Source: Antedon mediterranea (Eukaryota > Animalia > Echinodermata). Taken from it: 64,000 nucleotides of DNA. The notes beneath the pieces are model-generated. The model had not been told where the DNA came from. It searched no databases and was given only the letters and a program-made list of their open reading frames with translations. The position numbers and the translations under genes were made by a program. Of the stretch, positions 15,301 through 26,400 are shown in pieces; the first letter of the stretch is position 1, and each line of letters begins with the position of its first letter. The stretch spans positions 9,587,888 to 9,651,887 of the forward strand of contig NC_092676.1 in the NCBI RefSeq assembly GCF_964355755.1, read 5' to 3'.

Positions 15301-17418
15301 TGAACATGGAGTGAAAATTATTTTTACCAATTACAATTTTTAATTGTTTAATATGTACCTCTTTGTCTTCTAAGATAGTCATGAATCCCTGACGACACAG
15401 GGTAATGTCCCGTTGATAAGCCTCCTCCGTATTTAAGAGCTCAGTCACAACTTTCTCTCTCATCTCTGCCCTCTTTTTCTTGGCAGCTAGTTCTTGGTCT
15501 GGTTCCAACTCTTCTATCTGCTCTGTAATAATAAAATATGGTAGTAGTGATTCATCAATCACACTTAAATGAGATATTTCCCTTAAATACTAATTATGTC
15601 ACTAAAAATTTATAAATATTTAAATATTTTATTTTTCTTATTAAAGTGCTATTCACTTTAGATACAGTAGGAGCATTTTAAAATGTAAGGTAACAATCAT
15701 TTCACTTTCCATTGAACGGTGAATACAAATTCTTTTTCATGACAAATGACAGGTAATGACCCTAACCTTTATGACATCATCGTAATATTATTTAAAGCAT
15801 TATTGGACCTTTTCATTTCAATCTATTTTATAAATCGCATACGAATAAAGATGATATTCATATGATGTTAAAGATCCTCAACTTTCCTTTTACATGCTTA
15901 TTATAATGACAATGTAATGTCCTGTTTTAACCTTTGTGTCATCATTGTTGTTATGGCAAATATTACCAGATACAGTATCTATGATGTTAAGATCCTCTGG
16001 ATTCAATGTTCATTTTTGTCCAGACTTGATGACATTTATTACAGAAAGAACACATATCAACAATCACACTTTTGGGCTAGGAAAACACTTGCACTTAAAC
16101 ATTCTCCTATCCTAGAGTAAGTGCATACTAAGGGAAATCCTTAACTATTTATTGACTTTAAGTGAGTATTTAAGTGAAGTATCTCACTTGAACTGTGATT
16201 GGTCAATATACAGCCACTGAATATCTCACAAGAAACTGGACCCTCAGTTATGTACTGAAACACATCAACATAAAACAAATTAATTTGATCATTGTTATGT
16301 TTGCAATACATTGCTGTGTCGGGAATGTAAATTGTTTCTACTGTCACTACTTTTATGTTAATGTTTAATAAACTTTCATTCCAATTGCCATTGCAATATT
16401 TTGCAAAGTGACCGAGCGAGTAAGACAGGGGCGCCACAATTCATAGCCGTAAAATCACCACAGGTTCAAGGCACTCCTCAATCATGGTTCTGTTGGTAGA
16501 ACATGTTTTTTCAGATAAGGATTATAACTGGAGGTTCAGTGAATACACATGTGGCTCATATGAACCTAGTGCATTTTTCAGAAGATTAGGCGGTGTAGTG
16601 GTCTATGTTGGCCCAGTCAATGTGGACCGACTAAAACCGTGTGGTTGTAGCTATATGACACACCTTAGCAAAGAAGAAAGTTGTGTCGTTCACACCTATG
16701 TGCAATTCAGCCTAGTAGACTGCGAGTCACACTTTATTGTTTAATTATTATTTTGTGAACTACAGTATTTAAATGTACACCACAATCTTCCTTAATAAAT
16801 GTTTTTATATCTTACCTAATTCTTCTTCCAGGAAATCGTTATCATGTGTTGGTAATGCCATAATATTCCAAAATAAAAAATCCAACAAGGAAGGATTTTT
16901 AAAAACTATACTTTAATATCTATTTCAAGTGTTTGCTTCAATGATTTTTAGGTACAAAGGTAATCATGTGAAAATTTGGGAAATATAACTTTCTAAATTT
17001 AGACTGAAACAAATTTGATATTCTACATTTTATTCATCATAGAAAATTACAAATAATAAAAAAAAAATCTGAATTTACAGAAATTGTTAAAATTATTTGC
17101 TGAACAAAATAAATAAATACCTTTCTTTCATATAGTATTTCTATTAAATACAAAATAAAAATGTTTTTTGAATAAAATATTGTACAATATGGATAAAATA
17201 CAAGGAAAATATTTTTTTTAAATCTCTAGTTTGGTATGCAAAGTTCATTGGTAAGATTAGCACTACTGACTGCATTGTGGACAGGTATACATAGCCACAA
17301 TACCTAAAAGCATTGCCATACAATTAATTATTTTTAAAAACCATTAAAATCATACCTTTTTGCTGAGGCATATGGTATTAATGAAGTATAAACAGTGTTA
17401 TATAAATTGTTATTATTA

Positions 17419-17455
<37 letters not shown>

Positions 17456-20400
17456 CCATTTAAGTTCAAGATAATATTCATTTGTTAATTGTACATACCT
17501 TTTTTGCATATAAAAAAACAAAGTAATTATCTTGCTTCCACTACTAACTTTACTTCGAATCTATTCGAAAATTTATTAATTACACAGTGTATTTAGGCTA
17601 GTTGCCTACTGTAAATAGTGAATGAATTACTTTAATTAATTAATGAAATACTTAAAAAGAATAAGAATGCTACTACTACCACTAACCTCTACAATAGAAA
17701 ATAGTACTACTTGTATACAAGGAACATCTGTTACTATTTCTAAACAACTTTGTAAAAAAACTCCCAGGAAACATAGTTGATTTATTATAGTATAAAGTTG
17801 TATAATAGTATATAACAACTACACTGCACACTAGTTTTTGTATATTAAACTCTCCACACTACTATAGTGCGATTGTTCAAAACGTAAACATTCATTCAAC
17901 ACCATGTCGTATAGTGAACTACTCTTTCCTGTGTGGCTTCCTTGTTTAGACCTTGTTATTTGTCGTCTTAAAAAAGGGAAGTTTAAAACTGATTACAATC
18001 TAATGGCTATTTATCTACAATAATTTTCAAGTACAGTTTCTGTTCCAAGAAGTATGTCTCTTGTCATAGAAACTATACATTCTTTCGATATTACCATAGT
18101 AACCATGGAGAAATAAGCTATTATTGTTTACCTCATAAATGAATTTAGATTACAAATTATTTTTTCAACTAATATCTATGTCCATGGGGAAAAATTCTGT
18201 GCATTTTCTCCTTTACATTTGTGTAAATTTGTGTCTTGCTTTTGCGTTCTGAACCCTCTCCTAAGGCAGATAGGAATAATGCTATTAATTTGTTAATAAC
18301 TAATGTAAAGGACTTTAAACTATCCAAAATACAAATAATAACTTATCAGCAGTTGTATCTTTAACAACACGTAACGATATTACATACACCATACTGTATA
18401 TAAACGAAACGGGGATTTAAATAGAAAAAAAAGATCAAAAAAAATGTTTAGCATCAATAGATGACAAAATAATCTAAATGAAGTGTCACACCTAGCTATT
18501 TACACGGACGAAATAACTAACTCATATAATTAATACTACCTGTATAGGCCTAGGCCAAAGAAACATGGTCGAAAATATAAAAAAATGTCATTCAAATTAA
18601 TAATAATTGAACAATTAAATTCAATTCAACGTAAACATTTATCTTCTTTCTTTCATCTTGCATAAACAATTACAAAATATAAATTTAATATTTGGTTAAT
18701 TTCCCTGGTCATTTTAACATTTCACATATTGGCTAAAAAATATTATATGCCTCTGTATTATAAACTATTAGGGTGATGTTGACCATGCCATTAATCCCTA
18801 TGCAACTGACGGTATACTAATCCTGGCTATTAGGAAAATGCTTGTCATATTGACTAACCTTTGAGTAATGCTAATTTGTCAGTTCAATTATGTTTACTAT
18901 TAACTAACCTTTGAGTAATGCTAATTTGTCAATTGAGTGATGCTTAATATTAACTAATCTTTGAGTGATACAACATTTACATTATATGTCAACTGAGTGA
19001 TGCTTTAGAATTTAAAGAGTGAGTGAGTGGCCAAGCGGTTAAGACAGTGGAACCGTAATTACGTAGCCATATAACATCGGCAAGGGTTCGAGGCTCACTC
19101 GCTCCATGGTTCTGGTGGTAGAACGAGTCTTCTCAGATAAGGACTATAAACTGTAGGTCCAGTGTACACATAGCTCATGTGCACTTTAAAAAACCTAGTA
19201 TATCTTTCGAGATCAGTAGGGGTTACCCCGGTGTACAAGTCCACACAAACACAGCCACTGCCACACACATCCACTGTGCAATTGGGACTGGGACCGTTTT
19301 TAGAGGTGTTTACCACCTGTTGGTCCCGATCCTTCACTAACAGTGTTAGTGAGAAGTTGAATAAATAAAAATATAAATATAAAAATAAAAAAAAAACAGT
19401 TAGAAACTCCGGAGATACCCCTTTCACACCAACCTAGCAACACCAGGGTTTATCAAATAAAATAGTAAATGTCGCCCTCTATTTTGTTTTACTGTACATA
19501 GCGACGATCATTTAGAATCATTTTAATTGAATATATTTTTCAAAAGTCTAAGAATAGAAGTCATATAATGTTTATTGCTAGTACTTGTTATTTTCTAGAC
19601 CCGCTATATATTTATTTTGAAATAATGCTAAAGCAATGAGTGCTCATGTGAGGATGACCTTTTGACGGAAAAACTCCGAAGTGATGCTTAATATAACTAA
19701 ATGTTAAAGACACTAGACCTGTAATTGTTGACGTTTTATAAAAATAATGCATTTATAAATATAATAAAAACATTAAATCAGGTTATTTCTTGTCTTAAAT
19801 GTACATTATTCGATGAACTTATGATAAAATGAGAAAAACAATGCACTACCTAAGTAGCTCGTGTCGAAAGTTTTCTCGTAGATGTTTCTAGGCCTACCTT
19901 TAGTTAGGCTTAGTTTTGTAAGCCTAGCTTGTAAAGACCGGTAACGTTCAAACATCGTACGCTAGCTATAGGCCGCCTAGCCTGATGTTGTCTCGTTGCT
20001 GAATTAATTGTCTTTCCTTTTTTGGCAGAATCTGTTAATAAAAATTGGGGAAGACCTAGTATTTTCGCTGAAAAGTTATTAGGCTATTTTATTTGTTTAC
20101 CCGATCGGTCGACGTGGGTGCATTATGACAATATCAATCCACGCACAATGCATGTTGGGATTTATAGCAGGCCGCTAAAATCATTAGAATCGACATATTT
20201 TTCACCGTTTAAAAATGAAACAAAATATCGCAATAGGTCCATGTAACACTTATTTTTACATAAAATGTAGAGTGTGACCTTAAATTTGGTTTAAAAAAAC
20301 GTAGGTCTAGTGTCTTTAAGTTATGTTACTTTATCGGCCAGTTGTCGGTTAATTGAGTGATGCTTATAACTAACCTTTAAGTGATGATACTTTGTCGGTC

Positions 20401-23400
20401 AGTTGAGTGATGCTTATAACTAACCTTTAAGTGATGATACTTTGTCAGTTAATTGAGTGATGCTTATAACTAACCTTTAAGTGATGATACTTTGACGGTC
20501 AGTTGAGTGATGCTTATAACTAACCTTTAAGTGATGATACTTTGTCGGTCAGTTGAGTGATGCTTAGGACGACTTCATTGTATTGTTCTGCAACAGCATT
20601 ATTAACCGACTCGCATTCTAGGAATGATGACATTTCCTTTTCTAATTGCTTCTTTTCGTTTGCTTGTTTCTACAATTATAAGAAAACCATAAAAATATCT
20701 ACATATTTCAACTATCATTTTATTACCGTTATTCATTCTGGAGGATTTTTAGGTGTTTATTTGAGGGAGGTGTCTATTTGAAGTGGCCCTATATTTTGTT
20801 TAAACATTTATTGCAATAGCTTGGTTTTACAGCCACGATAAACAAAACATGAAGAGTTTAGAGAAAATTAGTAAAACAGCTTAAAAAATAATAGGAACAA
20901 AATTTAAAGTAATTATGTCTGAAAGCTGTCCACCATTACCTTGTCTTTAGTAAGTATAGTGTATCCAAGATGGAAAACCAACAGAATGAGAAACTTGTTT
21001 CTCCCTAATTCAATGGGGCAATTCAATGAAACATGGAAATGCTGATCAATTTATTTTTACATTTTGCTTGTTTTTTGAATGATGTATTTTATCTAATTTT
21101 AACTTTCATGCTAAATTTTAATCCCATTTTCAGACCTTGATTTAAAAGGAGCGCCATGGCGCTGACGCTCCTTGGCGCTCCTGAAAACGATCAAAGGAGC
21201 GCCTAAAATAGCGCTCCCCAACCTGTTACAGTGCGTCATAAAAATATATATAATGATAAGAATATTAACCCTGAATACAACACACAGTCTATATATAGTC
21301 GCGCAAACAATCTTTTTATGGCTACCCCCGATAGGCTAGGTGCGCCTACGATCTTTGATGTTGCGAGAAAAATATCGTAAACAATTCATTCTAAATATAG
21401 TATCAGAACGTTCAATCGGTCGCTCAAAAAGACTGCCATCAGAAGACCGTAATTATACAGACCTAGTTTTTTTGGTCACATGGCATGAAACGCGATACTC
21501 TCTGCTTTACCGCAACATCTCACATGTTTTTTTTTAACTCAGTATGTGAGGGTGGCTGCCGACGATAAACAGTAATTAAGATCGTGTACCTGGATTTTGA
21601 GTCACATGACATGAAACACTCTGTCTGATCTTAATAACTGCTCACATGTTTTCCCCTCCAAATTTATTTTGCATATATTTTGTTGGTGTCCTAGCCTAGG
21701 TGTCGTTGTTTTTATAATTCGCTAACCCAAGGTAGGATTAAATAATGTATAGTGTAGGCCGCCGAAACTAGACTAGATAGATAGCCTCGACTCTCTCTCT
21801 CTGCGTGAGCTGAGAGGTCCACGGACCCGATGTCGTCTCGTCGGCGGCGGATTTCCGTCCAAATTAGGATAACCGATGCGTAGGACTAGCTAGGGTGGCT
21901 ACAAAAATTGACGTCTACTATCTTTAGATAGGATTTTAATTAGCAAACAATACATTGTTTGTTTGCATTGTCCATGCTTCTAAAGTAAAGGCGATGACAA
22001 TGGTGTTTACTAACCCTACGAACCACCCTACGATCGACGCGTAGATAATTATCATAACAATACATCGTAGACTACGTTCAGAGAACAATGACCTACGATG
22101 AATTTTACGTGCGAGAATACCATTTCCGGCCATCTAGAGGTGTCATTTATCAAAATTCGGCTCGCCACAGGCCCAACCATGGTGGGCCTGTGCCTCGAAT
22201 ACTTAATCAAAATAATGGCTCTCCTCAACATATTGAGGAGAGCCATTAGGAGCTCTCCTCTTATATTTATATATCAAGGTCTGCATTTTTGTATTTTTAT
22301 GTAAATTTTTTACTTTCAACAAACTAAAATAATTTCAAGCCACATATTTTACTGCGTTTGACGATGAATAAACACAATTATAATTTGTTCATTTTTTTTT
22401 TTTATTAAAACTACAAAAAGGATGATTCAAAATTTAATTTTATTCTTGTTTTTGGGAGAATATCTTTAAGTAAATACCATGCACATATTAGATCTATTTC
22501 ACAAGTTTCACACAAATCTGTATAATCACATTAGCATTATAGATCAAGGTGCCAAGAATTTTATCTAAACAGAGCACTTAAGAAATAATATGCTTAACAT
22601 ACTGACCTCAAGTTCACATTGAAAGTCAGCTAAGCTTGCTTTAAGTGCAATAACCATTTCCTTAGTTTGTGGTTTGGATGATACAGCTTCTTCTACAATG
22701 AAAATGTTTAAAAGATGTTTATTTATCAGGTTAAGCAACCAAATTTGTTCTACCACATTTTGCTATACACGTTAAACCTGTTCATGCAATATTGAGCACA
22801 TATTTTGTGGGTATACTGTTTATTGCAGCGACTGCATAATACATTTAACATTAAAACAAATTTAAAACACACATATATTGCAGTGGAACATGTGATTTCT
22901 GCAGTAACTGCAGTACAATAATGTTGACATGATCATTGGTATTAATAATGATACATAGTATGATATAAAACTATAAGAAAGTTTGAAGAAGTATGGACCG
23001 GACATTAGGGAGGTTTCGCAACCTTACGAATACGATAACGAAAAACGGATACGTCACACATTTGTGAAACTTTTGAGCTGATTTCATTTCAAATTCGTAA
23101 AGCGTATTCGTGTTGACGAATATCACCAGTCATATTCGCGACTACAAAACGAGTATAGTGTTTGATCTATTTTGCACATTTTGCATTTGAATCAGGAATG
23201 ATTCATGATTATAATATAATTCTACTTTTATTGAAAGTAATTTACTAAAGTAATTTACTAAAATGCCATATCAATTTTGATAAATAGCAGTTTTTAAAGT
23301 CCTCACTCGCTTTGATGTTACGCTAGGCCTAGGCAGCCAAGCACCAAGCAACACGTACTTGCGCTTCGCTCAAATTTACAGCAGTCATATTTTGGATGGC

Positions 23401-26400
23401 GCCCTTAATATTTCGTTGCCATGCGAAACAGATTTTTACTGGTTTACGAATACGTGTGGGTGACGTATCCGTTTTCGTATTCGTAAGATTGCGAAAAACT
23501 CCCTATTATTGAATCAACACTTCATTTATTATTATTAAGCCCAGTGATACAGGTTAATGACAGTGATACAGGTTAATGACACAGATACAGGCTGACATCG
23601 CTGAGATACAGCATGACTAGTAGAGTACAACATGGAAACTAAAGCATGATGTTTATATACATCACATAATACAACTTGGTAAAAAATGGTGAAAAGTATA
23701 ATATTGGATTTTATTTAGATTTCATGAAAACATCTTAAAAATTATTCATAGTTGGCAAAATGAGATGTGGACAGGAAGTATAACGAATGTCTTGTGGAGT
23801 TGGTGCAATGTTTTTAAACCAGAAAACTTTTAGCCAGATATTTAATTTTTTATTGATGTCTAAACATTTTTTTAACAATTACCTTTTCGATCTAAAATTA
23901 AAATTTCTTCACCACCTGGTTGAAGTGATTGGTAACTTGGCTTGCTTATTGGTCTAGGTGGAGCTGGCCTTGGGGGAACATTTTTCTTGCTAGGTTCTTT
24001 AAGTGGTCTTAAAGGTGCACTCCGCCTGGGCTTTAAGTCTTCTTCAACAGTCTCAGGACTTACCAGACCTAGTAGGTCCCCTACTACAAGGGAAGATTCA
24101 TCACTGGCTATTTCACCTGTAGCCAAAGTAAATGAAGAGCATGTTTATTCATTAGTCAATAGGCAATAAAGGAAAAAAACTGTGATAATTTGGGTTGTCG
24201 AATACACACATCCAGTGTCGTAGCCACAAGAAATAATGTTTGTGCAGTTATCATAATAAAATGGAACAACCTCTCTGCAAGCCACAGTGTTGTCAAAGCC
24301 TCTGTAAAAAAGAGGTCATGTTAAAACTTTACAAACCATACTGGTGGCAACAGCCTTGATATTATATATAAACAAATTAAAATAAACGTTTTAAATCCCT
24401 AAAAAAAAAAAGTCCATCATTAAATTGGTAAAATCCATATAAAATGAAATTACAATTTACTTGTATGCATACTACAGAAATATGCTGTTTCATTGTTATA
24501 CTATAGAAGAAAAAAAACACTAGTGGCGATTATAAAAAACAATTAAATTAAGGTCATGTCTATAGTACATACAGACAAAAATGTGATAAGGTCTACTAAA
24601 CTCACCATCAATATTTGCTGGTAGCTCTGGAGGTGAATAAGAAGGAGGAGGGAGTCCTGTACCATCTTTTGAATCGTCTACCATCAAGTTGGAGCTTGCA
24701 TCAAAGCCAACCAAATCATCTGTTACCGGGGCTTGAGTTGCTAATGCTGGAAAACTACTTTGATTAATACTTGTGCGTGCTCCTGTTGAAATAGGCCGCG
24801 GTCGAGGTACTACAGAGTTTTTGTCAAACTTTCTTGGTTTTGGTTTGTCTATATTTACCGAAGTACGCTTTGCTGGTGATGGCGGAGGAGGTAATAAAAA
24901 GGAGGAATGGGTATCGGGTGACTGATCTATTGTTTCAACTGGTTTTATGACAAAACTTGGCATTAAAGAATTGAAATCATCAGAGGAAAGTTCAGAATTG
25001 ACACTTTCGTCTCTTGGCATTGCATTAACCTGAGGGTTTATCGATTCAAACTCAAAATCATCTGCAAAGCCCAAGTTGTCTTCAGCACTAAATGGATTGT
25101 TCACTTTATTTGACTCGCCGGTGTCTTCGGCTGTTGGTGGAGCAAATGGGTTTGGTGATGGCTGACGAATAGGCAGAGGTTTATCTTTAGTGCCCTGGGC
25201 AAAGATCTCCTCAACTGCTGCTGAGAATGGTGTAATGTTTCGCAGTGAAGATCTTCTATCAGAAGTTTCAGAAGGTTGATTGGTTATTTCAGAAGATACA
25301 TTATCATTTGCACTGAATGGATTAAATGAGGACTGTGCATCTTCTTGTGAAAATGAATCAAACATAGGATTAACAGAATCAAATGCATTATTTACTTTCT
25401 GGTTGAATACATCTGCCCCAGAGTCACAATTAATTTGTTTTAGCTGTTTCTCTGGCGAGTTTCTTGTGACTGGCCTGTGAACGGAACGTACTTTAGTTGA
25501 AGAAGCACCGAAGGGTTTGGCAGAGAGAATACCAGATAGACTGTCAACAGATCCATCTTTTACCATGCCTTTAGTTGGTGATTTCTGTGGATCTGTTGAT
25601 ATTGCACTTGAATTCTGAATGACTGGACTTAAAACTGAGGTCTGTGGTTTGTCTGATGGACTGAAATCCATAAGAGAGTTTATTACGGCATTGTTTGTAA
25701 TTACAGGCGATTGCTCTTGGTGCATATTAGAAGAACTGTTTGCAGAAATTGAAGTAGGCTTTTGAGAAGGTTCTGATGAAGGAATGTTGATGGCATCAGC
25801 AACTGCGAATGGATCTAAGTCTAGTAAGTTTGTGCTTGTATCAAATGCTTTGTGTGTGGGAGATGGCTTAGGGGCTATTGCTGGCTTTGGTTTAGTGACA
25901 GGGTCGAGGATTGCCGTATTTTCCTTGGAATACTGTGAAGCTCCTGGAATGGATCCAAAAATATCTAATAATTCATTCTCTCCATTTGGAATGTTTTTTG
26001 ATGAATCACCGGCTTTTAACGGTTTTATCGGAAGCGGAGGTTTATTATTTATGTTTCTTTTCTTAAGAGGTGGCGGTGGCGCTGGTCGTTTCATAGATGG
26101 AGATTTTGGCTTCTCCAATAACTTTACATAACTTACTGGTATAAATCCGACATTACCTGTAATGTCTTTAGCTTCATACCATTCAGGGTCTAATTGTTCA
26201 ACAATTGTAATGACATCTCCCTTCTTGACGGTAAGATCTTGGTCTGTTTCTCCCTCAAAATCAAAAAGAATTTTCCCTTGCTTTTCAGAATGAGGCAGTA
26301 TTAAACTAACAGGTTTTGTTATATGATTACTACCTACACTGTTTTTGTCAACATTTTGAGACTCTTCACCTGTTTTGCACAGATCTTTGTAACTTTGTGG

